Shown in pieces: positions 13,960 to 26,046 of a stretch of 64,000 nucleotides of DNA. Below the pieces are notes generated by a model that worked only from the letters and a program-made list of their open reading frames with translations, made no database searches and was not told the origin of the DNA. The position numbers and the translations under genes were made by a program. Positions within the stretch are counted from its first letter, which is position 1. Each line of letters starts with the position of its first letter. Source of the stretch: Lama guanicoe (Eukaryota); assembly GCA_013239625.1 (NCBI GenBank), contig MU053482.1, forward strand, positions 3,557,922 through 3,621,921, written 5' to 3'.

Positions 13960-14900
13960 GAAATGTGCAGGAGACAGATGTCAGGATGGAAATAGAGATG
14001 CAAGAAACCCAACAAAAATGCATTTTTGTGCAAAATGTACACCACAAATGCACTGACTCAAGGAGAAGTCAGAACCTGAAAAAAATGAAAATAGGGATCC
14101 GAGGTGAGATGAGACGACCATACAAAATGGAAAATTACAATTTCAGGAAATAAACTGAAGACCAAAATAACAAAACTAAGCCCAAAATTCTAAAAACATA
14201 GAACTAACCAATATGTTGGAAATATGAAGGAATAAAAAATTAAACTGAATTAGTGGGGGAGACTGAGGTGAGCTCCAGGAGGAAAGAAGGAAAGAACGAT
14301 TGAAATATTTAGAGGTAGAAACATGAAACTGCAGTTGAGACACTGATGAAAAATTTATGGATTCTGGTGTCTCTGTAGTAAACAAAAGGAAGAAAATGTT
14401 CAAAGACACAGGAGAAGAAAAATTTTCCTCCACTGAGAGAAAAGCTGAACTTGCAAATTGAGAAAGCACACCATGTTAGGAAAAATACATATGTATCTTA
14501 CTCTTTCTATGTTTGTATATGTATCTTATATAGATCTATATCTATATACAGATATAGAAATGCTTCTCCAACTATCCTCAAAGAAAGAGAAAGTTACCTA
14601 CAAGGAAAAGTGAGGTTTGAGGGGGTACTGGAAATCAGCTGGCCTCAGACTTCTCTACAACTTTGAATACAGTGTAGCATCTACAAAGCTTTGAGGAAAA
14701 GAGTGATCCAGGATTTATAACCATCCAAGCTGTCCTTCAGGAATAAAAACAACATTTTCAAACATGCCAGAATTTAGGGAACATGCACCTCTAAGCCCTT
14801 CTGGGAAAACTACTGGATCATGAAATCCAGCTAAACATGACGTAAATCAAAATTACCAAGTTGGGAATGGTGAGCCACAGTAAAGGGACTGGTGGTGAGC
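13960..14900 (+). mobile_element. Ancient L1ME/HAL1-like ORF1 relic
   Basis: A-rich, ORF1-like motifs (AAGTTACCTACAAGGAA, TGGCCTCAGACTTCTC, CCAAGCTGTCCTTCAG); highly decayed, boundaries approximate. Confidence 0.5.
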
Positions 14901-16274
14901 ATTAAATTCTTTTACTTATAGGTTTAAGGCTAAATAACAATGAAAATTATGGTTACAGAATGGAATGTCAATGTTACAACCTTGAGAATATGAAAAGAAT
15001 TATGATCTGTATATGTAGAGGTGGAAAGGTTGGGAAGAAATACTGCCATTCTCATCTTTCCCTGCAGGAAGTGAATATTCCAAACTTGACATGTGTAATA
15101 TAAAAAAAGTACCTTAATGACTCCAAACACTTAATGCATTTCAAAATATGTATTTTGACAGTTTTAAAGGTTCCGGTCAAGATGGAGGTGTAGTATGACC
15201 ACGAGCTCATCTCTCCTCACAACTATAACGAAACCACGACTGACTACTAAACAACCATTTAAAAAAAAAAAAAAGACTGGAACCTAGCAAAAAAGATCCT
15301 CTTCAACTGGAAACAGAAAGAATGTACCTCAGCAGGACAGCAGGGAGGCATGCTTGTGATATATTCAGGCCCCATATTCCTCGGGTGGGCGACCCACAAG
15401 CTGAAGAATAATTAAGCTGCAGAGGCTCTCCCACAGGAGGGTTCTGAGCCCCATGTCAGATTCCCCAGCCTGTGGTTCCAGCACTGGGAGAAGACCCCAG
15501 AACATCTGGTTTTGAAGGCCAGCAGGGCTTAACTCCAGAGCTCGATGGGACTTGGGGGAAAAGAGATTTCACTCTTTTCGAAAGTGCACACAGAATTTTG
15601 TGTATGCTGGGACCAAGGGCAGAGGCAGCGACTTCATAGGAATCTGGGCCAGACCTGCCTGCTGGTTTTGGAAAGTCTCCTGGGGAGATAGGGGGCAGTT
15701 GTGACTCACCCTGGGGACATAAAAGCTGGTGGCGGACATTTGAGAAGTGTTCATCTACTTGCAATTTTCTAGAGGCTGATATCTTGCTTGGATCATTAGC
15801 TCCAAGACCTAGCCCCACCCAACAGCCTGTAGGATTAAGTGTTGGGAAGCCTCAAGACAAACAACACACTGGGTGGAAACACAGCCTTCATCCATCAGCA
15901 GGCTTCACAGAGTCCATAGCTGCCCCCAGGCATGCCCCTAGGCATGGCCCTACCCACCAGAGAGCCAGGACCAAACTCCACCCAGCAGTGGGCAGGCACT
16001 CCTCCTGCCAGAAAACCTGCATAAGCCTCTAGTCCAGACTCACCCACCAAGGGGGCAGATACCAGCAATAAGAAAGCAATAATCCCAAAGCTTGTGGAAA
16101 GAATCCACAAACACAGGTCAGACTCTACCCTGGGACCAGCTGGACCCTGGCCCTTGGGTTACAAGACAGAAGTGTACTGCTGGGATGTACAGGACATCTC
16201 CCACAGAGGGCCCTTCTCCAAGGTTGAGAAACATAACTAACCCACCTGAAAACACAAATAGAAAGTTAGACAAT

Positions 16275-17150
16275 ATGAGGCAGCAGCAGAATATCTTCCA
16301 GGCCAAGGCACAAGATATAATCCCAGAAGAGGAAATAAAAGATGAGGAGATAGGCAACCTATCGCAGAAAGAGTTTAGAGTAATGATGGTGAAGATGTTC
16401 AGAGAATTCAGGAAGAGTACAGATACACAGAGGGAAGTTTTTAGCAAATAATTACAAAATACAAAGAGTGTCCAGAGTTGAAGAATACAATTACTGAAAT
16501 GGATAACAGACTAGAAGGAACCAAGAACAGAAGAATGGATCAGTGAACTAGAAGACAGATTAGTGGAAATCACTATTGCAGAACAATAAAAAGAAAAGAG
16601 AATAAAAAGAAATTAGGATAGCTTAAGAGAATTCTGGGACAATATGAAGCATCCTAATATTCACATTATAGGGGTCCCAGAAAGAAAAGAGAGAGAGAAA
16701 GGACCTGAGAAAATATTCGAAAAGATAATAGCCAAAAAATTCTCTAACTTAGGAAAGGAAACAGTCACCCAAGTCCAGGAAGCACAGAGAGTTCCACACA
16801 GGATTAACCCAAAGAGGAACACACTGTGGCACATAGTAATCAAATTGACAAAAATTAAGGATAAGGAGAAAATATTAAAATCAGCAAGAGAAAAACAATA
16901 ATTAACATACAAGGGAGTTCTCATAAAGTTATCAGCTGACTTTTCAGCAGACACTCTACAGGCCAGAAGGAAGTGGCATGATATATTTAAAGTTGTAAAA
17001 GAGAAAAACTTATAACCAAGAATACTCTATCCAGCAAGGCGTTTGTTCAGATTTGATGGAGAAATCAAAAGGTTCACAGATAAACAAAAGCTAAAAGAAT
17101 TCAGCACCACCAAACTGGCTTTACAACAAATGTTAAAGGAATTTCTCTAG
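16275..17150 (+). pseudogene. L1 ORF1 remnant (disrupted)
   Basis: Fragments KEFRVMMVKM and NIHIIGVPE...QEAQRVP...HIVIKLTKIKDKEKILKSAREK; broken by stops and frameshifts. Confidence 0.88.
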
Positions 17151-17227
17151 TTATCAAATTGCAAGAGAACAAAAAGAAGAAAGAAAGAAAAAAAGACCTA
17201 CAAAACAAACCCAAAACAATGAATAAA

Positions 17228-20200
17228 ATGGCAATAAGAACATTTATATTGATAATTACCTTAAATGTAAATGGATTAAATGCTCCAACCAAAAGACATA
17301 GACTGGATAAATGGATACAAAAACAAGACCCATATATATGCTGCCTACAAGAGACCCACTTCAGAGACAGAGACAGATGCAAACTGAAAGTGAGTGGATG
17401 GAAAAAATATTCCATGCAAATGGAAACCAAAAGAAAGCTGGAGTAGCAATACTTATATTAGACAAAATAGATTTAAAAATACAGACTGTTACAAGAAATG
17501 AAGGACACTACAGAATGCTCAAGGGATCAATCCAAAAAGATAGCAATTGTAAATATATATGCACCCAACATAGGAGAACCTCAATATATAAGGCAATTGC
17601 TAACAGACATAAAAAAAGAAATCGACAATAACACAATAATAATGGAGGACCTAACACCTCACTTACATCAATGGACAGATCATCCAGACAGAAAATCAAT
17701 AAGGAAATACAGGCCCTAAGTGACACATTAGGCAGATGGACTTCATTGATATTTAGAGCATTCCATCCAAAAGCAACAGAATACATATTCTTCTCAAGTG
17801 CACAAGGAACATTCTCCAGAATCGACCACATGTTGGCCCACAAAGCAAGCCCCAGTAAATTAAAGAAAACTGAAATCGTACCAAGCATCTTTTTTAATCA
17901 CAATGCTATGAGGTTAGAAATCAATTACTAGAAAAAAACTACAAAACCCGCAAACACCTGGAGGCTAAATAATATGCTACTAAACAACCAATGGATCACT
18001 GAAAAAATAAAGGGAAAATCAAAAAACACTTTGAGACAAATGAAAATACAATGATCCAAAACCTCTGGGATGCAGCAAAAGCAGTTCTAAGAAGGAAGTT
18101 TATAGCAATACAAGCCTACCAGAGGAAATAAGAAAAATCTCGAATAAGTAACCTAACCTTACACCTAAAGCAGCTAGAGAAAGAAGAACCAACAAAACCA
18201 AAAGTTAATAGAAGAAAAGAAATCATAAAGATCAGAGCAGAAATAAATGAAATAGAGACTAAAAATCAACAAAACTAAAAGCTGGTTCTTTGAAAAGATA
18301 AACAAAATTGATAAACCTTTAGTCAGACTCATCAAGAAAAAAAAGGGAGATGGCCCAAATTAATAAAATCAGAAATGAAAAAGAAGACGCAACTGACACC
18401 ACAGGAATACAAGGGATCGTAAGAGGCTACTATGAGCAACCATATGCCAACAAAAAGGACAACCTAGAAGAAATGGACAATTTCTTAGAAAGGTACAATT
18501 TGCCAACATTGAATCAGAAAGAAACAGAAAATATGAATAGATCAATGACCAGTACTGAAATCAAATCAGTAATTTAAAAATTCCCAGAAAACAAAAGTCC
18601 AGGACCAGATGGCTTTTCAGGTGAATTCCACCAAACATTTAGAGAAAAGTTAACACTTATTCTTCTGAAACCATTCCAAAAAATTGCAGAGGAAGGAACA
18701 CTTCCAAACTCATTCTACCAGGCCATTATCGCCCTGATACCAAAACAAGACAAAGATAACAACAACAACAAAAATTATAGGCCAATGTCACTTATGAATA
18801 TAGATGCAAAAATACTAAACAAAATACTAGCAAATTGATTCCAACAATGCATTGAGAGGATCATACACTATGATCAAGTGGATTGTAAAGATTTTTCAAT
18901 ATATGCAACTCAATCAATGTGATACACCACATTAACAAACTGAAGAATACAAACCATATGATCATCTCAATAGATGCAGAAAAAGCTTTTGATAAAATTC
19001 AGCATTGATTTATGATGAAAACTCTCCAGAAAATGGGCATAGATGGAACATACCTCAACATTATAAAGGCCATATATGAGAAACCCACAGCTAACATCAT
19101 ACTTAATGGGGAAAAGCTGAAAGCATTTCCTCTAAGATCAGGAAGAAGACAAGGATGCCCACTCTCACCACTTTTATTCAACATAGTTTTGGAAGTCCTA
19201 GCCATCACAATCAGAGAAGAAAAAGAAATAAAAGGAATCCAAATCAGAAAAGAAGAAGTAAAACTGTCACTGTTCATGGATGACATGATACTATACATAG
19301 AAAACCCTGAAGAAGTGACCAGAAAACTACTAGAGCTCATCAATGAATTTGATAAAGTTGCAGGATACAAAATTAATATACAGAAATCAGTTGCATTTCT
19401 ATATACTAACAATGAAATAGTGGAAAAAAGAAATTAAGTACATATTCCCATTTACCATCACACCAGAAAGAATAAAATACCTAGGAATAAACTTATCCAA
19501 AGAGGCAAAGGACCTGTACTCTGAAGACTATGAGACACCGATAAAAGAAATTGAAGATGATATAAACAGATGCAAAGATATACCGTGTTCTTGGATTGGA
19601 ATAATCAATATTGTTAAAATGGCCATACTACCCAAGGCAATCCCTATCAAATTACCAATGACGTTCTTCATGGAGCTGGAATAAAAAAATGTTAAAATTT
19701 GTATGGAAACACAAAAAACCCCAAATAGCCAAATAGTCTTGAAAAAAGGAAAACAGAGCCAAGGGAATCATGCTCCCTGACTTCAGACTATACTACAAAG
19801 CTACAGTAATCAAATCAGTATGGTACTGGCATAAAAACAGACACATAGATCAAGGGAACAGGATAGAAAGTCCAGAAATAAACCTACGCACTTATGCTCA
19901 ATTAATCTATGACAAAGAAGGCAAGAATATACAACGGAGAAAAGACAGTCTCTTCAATAAGTGGTTCTGGGAAAACTAGACAGCTACCTGTAAAGGACTG
20001 AAATTAGAACATTCTCTAACACCATACACGAAAATAAACTCAAAATGGATTAAAGACCTAAATGGAAGACCAGATACTATAAAATTCCTAGAGGAAAATA
20101 TAGGCAGAAAACTCTTTGACATAAATCACAGCAATATTTTTTTTGTACCAGCTCATACACTAATGGAAATAAAAGCAAAAATAAACAAATGGAATCTAAT

Positions 20201-20857
20201 TAATCTTAAAAGCTTTTACACAGCTAAAGATATCATGAAGAAAACAAAAAGACAACCTACAGAACGGGAAAAAATATTTGCAAATGATGTGACTGACAAG
20301 GGACTAATTTCCAAAATATATTAACAGCTCATACACCTATCAAAAAAGCAAGCAATCCAATCAAAAAATGGGCAGAAGACCTGAACAGACATTTCTTCAA
20401 AGAAGACATCCAGATGGCCAACAAGCACATGAAATGATGTTCAACATCACTAATTGTTAGAGAAAGGAAAATCAAAACTACAATGAGATATCACCTCACA
20501 CCAGTTAGAATGGCCATCATTAAAAAGTCCACAAATAATAAATGCTGGAGAGGGTGTGTAGAAAAAGGAATCCTCCTACACTGCTGGTGGGAATATAAAT
20601 TGGTGTAGCCACTATGGAGGACAGTATGGAGATTCCTCAAAAAACTAAAAATAGATTCACCATATGATCCAGCAATCCCACTCCTGGGCATATATCTGGA
20701 GGAAAACATAATTTGAAAAGACACATGTACCCCAATGTTCATAGCAGCACTATTTACAATAGCCGAGACATGGAAACAACCCAAATGTCCATAGACAGAT
20801 GACTGAGTAAAGAAGATGTGGGGTGTGTGTGTACGTGTGTGCGTGTGTGCGTGTGTA

Positions 20858-20896
<39 letters not shown>

Positions 20897-21035
20897 GGAG
20901 TACTACTCAGCCATAAAAAAGAATAAAATAATGCCATTTGCAGCAACATGGATGGACCTGGAAATTGTCATTCTAAGTGAAATAAGTCAGAAAGAGAAAT
21001 AAAAATATCACATGATATCATTTGTATGTGGAATA
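17228..21035 (+). pseudogene. L1 ORF2 remnant (endonuclease plus reverse transcriptase, disrupted)
   Basis: ITLNVNGLNAP, CCLQETH, NIYAPN, SRIDH (endonuclease); [27 protein letters not shown] (RT); many stops, frameshifts and small deletions; 3' end approximate. Confidence 0.92.
20823..20894. repeat. Compound microsatellite: interrupted (GT)n followed by (CA)18
   Basis: Read directly; inside the 3' part of L1 ORF2. Confidence 0.95.
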
Positions 21036-22939
21036 AAAAAAAAGACACAAGGGAGCTTATCTACAAAACAGAAACAGACTCACAGACATAAAGAAAAAAA
21101 CTTATGGTTACCAGGGCATAAAGACGGTGGGAAGGAATAAGTTAGGAATTCGAAATTTGTACCTCTTGGGGAGTGATGGAAATGTTAACTACCTTGATTG
21201 TCGTGGTGGTTTCATTGGTGTATACATCTATCAAAACTCATCAAATTGTGTAGTTTAGTGAATAGGAATTAAACTGTAATAAAGGTGTTAAAAAAGTTTT
21301 AAAAACTGGTCTTTTTGGAGGAAGCAATTACCAAAGTTTAACAAGTCCTACGGTTTCACTTCATTTTAATTCAAGTTCAATTAAATTTTAGTGCTTTTTA
21401 TTAAAAAAAAAACTACATCAAGCAATTTAGCATAATCTCTCTCCTCCTCCCTCCCTTCCCCTCCCTCCTGTATTTGTAGGGAAGGGGGTATGTGGTGTAA
21501 GTGATCTTTACTTTCTTCTTTGTATTTCTCACTATTATTTGATTAGTTTTGCTAATGGACATGAGCTATTTTTAATGAAAACAGTAAAATTACTTGTAAA
21601 ATATCTGCTTATCCTAGCTTATTTCAATGAAAGCATTTGTTCTCAGCAATCTCCAGGATTTGGAAAACTAACCTATGGGGCTTCTGGTTAAAGATGTTCT
21701 GAGGCCCAGGATGACCCCTCAAAAGGTCAAAGTTATTTGACCTGGGGATCAACTTTCTCCAGATCTGTTTTCTCAAGGAGGCCTTTTCCCTACCTGAGAT
21801 TTGAAGCCTCTGAGCACAGACTAGGGGTGTCTGGAAGGACTGCCTCAGCCCACACCTCTCTCAACATCCAGGTCCAAATATCCAACCACTTCCTAGAACT
21901 TGCCCCCTGGAGCAGGATAATAAAAATCATTTCAACCACCACCATTTATCAAACATCAACTTTCATTAGAGTCACTTTCTCATTTGTTCCTTAGAACAGC
22001 CTTGCAGAGTAAATATGGCTAAGCTCATTTTCTAGGGAAACTGCAAACTAGGAAACTGAAGCTCAGTGAAGTAGATGCTCCAGGATCCCAGCTAGACAAT
22101 GGGAGAGCAAGGATGCAAATCCAGTTCTGTTGGACCAGCATCCATGCTGCTCCCACGGGCATTCAACTGTCCAAACCCAAACCTGTTGTCTTCCTTCTCA
22201 AGGGATCTGCTTCCCCGGGGCTCCCCATCCTAAGTAATGGCACCATCACTCCCCTGGCCATGCGGACACACACTTGTTGGTCCTTCCAGTCTCCCCCCAC
22301 CCCCAATCTCCTCACCAAGTCCTGCCAAGGTGATCTCCAATGGCTCTCGAATCTGTCCTCCCCATCTCCCCTCCTGTCCTTCTCAGTCTACAGTCCCATC
22401 ACCTCCCACCAGTCTGTTCTCATCCTCTCTTACCTAGTCTCCGTCTCCCTGCCTCTAGCCTCTCTTGTTTCAGGCCGGCTTTCATAGTCTGTCCAGAAGA
22501 ATTATTCTCAGTCTACATTTTGATTCTGATGCTTCCTTACCTACAGGCTTCTCTGGCTTTGCAAGTTGTCCTGAATGAAGTTCAAACTCATTCATTGGTC
22601 CTCAAACCCTTTACCTTCTCTGATTCCCACCCACATTCCACCCTCACTGCCATCTCTCTGGATCACAAGACTCACACTTGGTTCACATGAGATTCCTTCA
22701 GTTCCTGGAACATGCCAAGTGTTAGAAGATGCCTAGTGCCTCTGCTTCTGTGGTTTCCTCTGCCTGGGATGCCCTTCTCTTCCTCAGCTCAGAGCTGCTT
22801 CTCCTGGAATCCTGCCTGGACTCACTCACCCTTATTTCCTCTGTGTTTCTAGGTATTTTTATGTTCTTAAAGTCTTAACACCATGTATGGTAGTGACATT
22901 GTCTACTCTTGTATTTCCTCTCCTACAAGGTGAGGGTGA

Positions 22940-23500
22940 CCTCATTCATTTATTCAGTATTTATTGAGTGCTTGCTATAATCTAGGCAATGAGCATAGAG
23001 CTAGTCATATAAGGCTGAGCAAAATGCATGTATCACTGTCCTCTGGGAGCTTGTTATCTAGGGGGGGCAGAGATTAGTTAGAGAAATACTCAAACTTTCA
23101 TGCTGTGATGGATTTTATAAGGGAGAAGCATCTGGAGGTGCTGGAAAAGTCTTCCCTAGGAAAGTGACATTCAAGCAGGTATTTAGAGACTGAATGGGAA
23201 TTCACTTGGCAAAGAGGAAGAAAGGAGGAACATTCCAGGTAGAGGGTACGGCATGTACCAAGCCTGAGAAGGAGGAGGAATGAGTTGCTGATGGAAGGCC
23301 GAGATGTTGAGAGGGAGGAGGAGAATGATCTTGAAAGATGCTGGGGAGGTGAGCACAGTTAACCACATAGGGCCTTGTAAGTCCTACGAAATATTCTAGT
23401 GCTCATCCTAAGAGCAGAATGAAGCCTCTGAAGATGCTGAACCAGATTTGCATTTCAGGAATTCCTCTGGCTGCATGTGGACAGTGGATTGAACTGGGTG
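22940..23500 (-). mobile_element. L2 relic (others near 350-620, 9190-9510, 22150-22900, 37575-37970, 61300-61850)
   Basis: CATTCATTTATTCAGTATTTATTGAGTGCTTGCTAT tail and GGAACATTCCAGGTAGAGGG body motifs; boundaries approximate. Confidence 0.6.
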
Positions 23501-23879
23501 AGGAGGTCAGAAGAGCAGGCAGAGGGACGAACAACATGCCTGAATGAGAACTAAATATCTGCAAACTAAATAACTGAAAAACCTATGAACTGTCAAATGA
23601 ACGAAACTAGGACAGTTCTTCTGAATCCAGCATGTAGCTTTAGAGCAGTCATAATCAAAAGATACAAAATGCACTTAAAGAATATGTAGGTGAGAGGCAA
23701 AATTGGAAAAGACCCAGAATCCTTGAATCTTAGATTAAAGTTAAGCGCCTTCTGAAGTCACCTAGTCCAACAGGGAACAGAGGCTCACAGAAGCTGAGGA
23801 ATGCATCAAAGCCTCCGTTAACTGGTGAACTCACATCTCCTGAATTCTTATGCAGCTGTGCTTTCTATTAATTTGCCTG

Positions 23880-25090
23880 AATTTTTGTATCTAGAATATA
23901 ATGAATATTCTGAAAAAAAAGAGCAATGAAGGAGAAATAACCCACTGCACACTAGAACATATTATAAGGCAGCAGCAATTAAAATGGTACAGTACTGATC
24001 AGAGTAAAACAGTCAGGGGCCCAGAACCAGTCTTTGGTATACATAAAAAAAAAGGATGTCATGTATGACTGACTAAGCCATAACGTAACAAGAAGTATAA
24101 ACACTACTAAAACATTATTGAGATAATAGTATCTTAAATCTTCAAATACCTGTATCTTAAAACAAATTTCAGAGGTGTTAGCAAAATAAATATAAATAAA
24201 TCAAACCATAGATAAACTGGTAGAAAATAGATTTGCTATCCCAATTAAGGAGAAGTAATATTTTTATAATTATTTAAATAATAGAAGACCTCTCAAAGCA
24301 AACGATAGACAAAAATTACTGTATAAAAACTTTACAACTTCACTAAAAGTAACATAAAACATGTTAAAATGCAAAAAAAGAAAAAGTATTGAGAAAAATA
24401 TAGCCAAAGAAGGGTTAATATCTATAGCACCTATGTGTAGTAGCAACAACAACAAAAAAACCAAGACCCAAATGGGCACATGAGTAAAGAAATGTGTAGT
24501 TAATTCACCCAATAAGATAAAAAGAACATTTAAAAATTTCAAGTTTGGGCAAATTAACTGAAGCAATAATGAAGCGGCATTTCACACGAACACTACTAAT
24601 AATATATTGTAAGTGCTGTTAGTTTGGATTATCTTTTTCTTATTACATTCTAGTCAATAAGGAGCGAAGTGTAGTGCAGGTAGTGCTTAGGAGGGAGACC
24701 CCCTCACTGGGTCTACGGGGAGCATCACCCACTGGAGGCAATTTGGTAAATTCCTACACTTTCACCCAGTGACTCTCAAGCCTGAGAATTTATCCCAAGG
24801 GAGTAACTAAAAGGAAGAAATAAAAAAAAACTACAAGTCCAAAGTTGTTTATAGGAGGGTTGTTAATCACACATACAAGAACTGTAAACATCTGAAATAC
24901 CCAACAATAGACACATTCATACAAAAGGAAACTATGCCCCCACTAACTGATAAACACGTGGACGAGTCGAAGTATACGGAATTAGTCACGAAGTAAGTAT
25001 TTTAAAACTAGAAACAGGAAGTTGTATCTATACCACCAAACCAATTGTGAACAAAATGTAAATAAGAGTAAACACTGGAAAGAATAAAAA
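23880..25090 (+). mobile_element. Ancient L1ME ORF2/3' relic
   Basis: A-rich with decayed ORF2 motifs (TATTATAAGGCAGCAGCAATTAAAATGGTACAGTACTG; GAATTTATCCCAAGG); boundaries approximate. Confidence 0.5.
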
Positions 25091-25967
25091 TTGTTGCTTT
25101 TTCAGAATTTATGGGCTTGTAGGTAAAATTTTAAGATAAATCTTTTCCTTGGGTTTTAAATCTGCTTTAATAAACAGAAATTAAAAGTAGAGAAGTATAT
25201 CATATTTTTTCCAAAGATCTCATCTAAAGATTATTCTTTTTTTAAAATTGGTGCTTTAAAAAATTATTGGAAATTTTCCTTCTGAGATTCCTCTTGTCAA
25301 TGCTGAACAGGTAGAGTTAGTCACTGTATCTCAGACCACGGGTCTCTAACATGGTTGGTGGCACCCGGGACAGGGCTTCATGACAGTCCTCAAGCAGAAG
25401 GCTTCTATACTGAGACTGACCCCGGCGAGCGTGAGCCATCAGGAGAGGTGAGTCAGGAGAAGGGGCTGGGAGGGAAGGGAGGGGGGAGACCCCCAAGTCT
25501 TAACTTTCTAAAGAGGAGTCTGGCAAGTGGGTGGGTGGGGCATTGCAGTCACCAGGATGGAAGGGCTGGGGTCTGGACTTTGTGGTGACAGCAGATTAGA
25601 AAGCAAGAGATGACTCAGATGTCTCAGAAAGAGGAACTGTTCCTGGGTGTGCGAGGAAAAGGAAAAGGAAGCGTCCAAAGTTCAGGCCTGGGTCACCTTT
25701 CCAGACCCACAAGGCTCAGGGAGCGGGGCTGGTAGGAAGGAGACAAGTTAAGAGGTTCTCCGAGTGGGCAGGAAACACCATCTGATTCATTCATTCATTC
25801 ATCTGCAAATATTTACTGAGGGCCTGCTCTACGTCCGGCCCATGCTTGCCATCGGGACAGACAGAGGCTCTGACAGGAAGTCCAGTGTTTACATGTTCAC
25901 CTTCTTTGATCTGGAGAAAACGAATCCAGCCCTGGCCTGGGGAAAGCATCTCCCCGACCTCACCTAC

Positions 25968-26046
25968 CTTTTTCCTGCTCAGCTGCTTCACTGAGTTCTG
26001 GAAGCTTGAGCCCCACTAAGTTCTGGTTTCTTATCAGGATGTGCTC
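25968..26046 (-). CDS. IRAG1: IRAG1 exon [26 protein letters not shown](G), 79 nt
   Basis: caaaag|GAG acceptor, AAG|gtaggt donor; phase 0 to 1. Confidence 0.96.

Larger units (their letters stand above)
15169..21294 (+). mobile_element. Near full-length LINE-1 (about 6.1 kb), inactivated, antisense to IRAG1
   Basis: 5' start GGTTCCGGTCAAGATGG, about 1.1 kb 5'UTR, ORF1 and ORF2 remnants, AATAAA at 21278-21283, candidate TSD AGTTTTAAA (15160-15168 and 21295-21303). Confidence 0.95.

Noticed and set aside
15456..15818. Antisense ORF in the L1 5'UTR (ORF0-like)
   Set aside because: Non-ATG start and no recognisable similarity to primate ORF0; only the splice donors are kept as a finding
19273..19284. 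L1 RT active-site motif reads FMDD rather than FADD (resembles retroviral YMDD)
   Set aside because: Explicable by two CpG transitions (TTCGCG to TTCATG) in a dead copy; ORF2 is broken elsewhere
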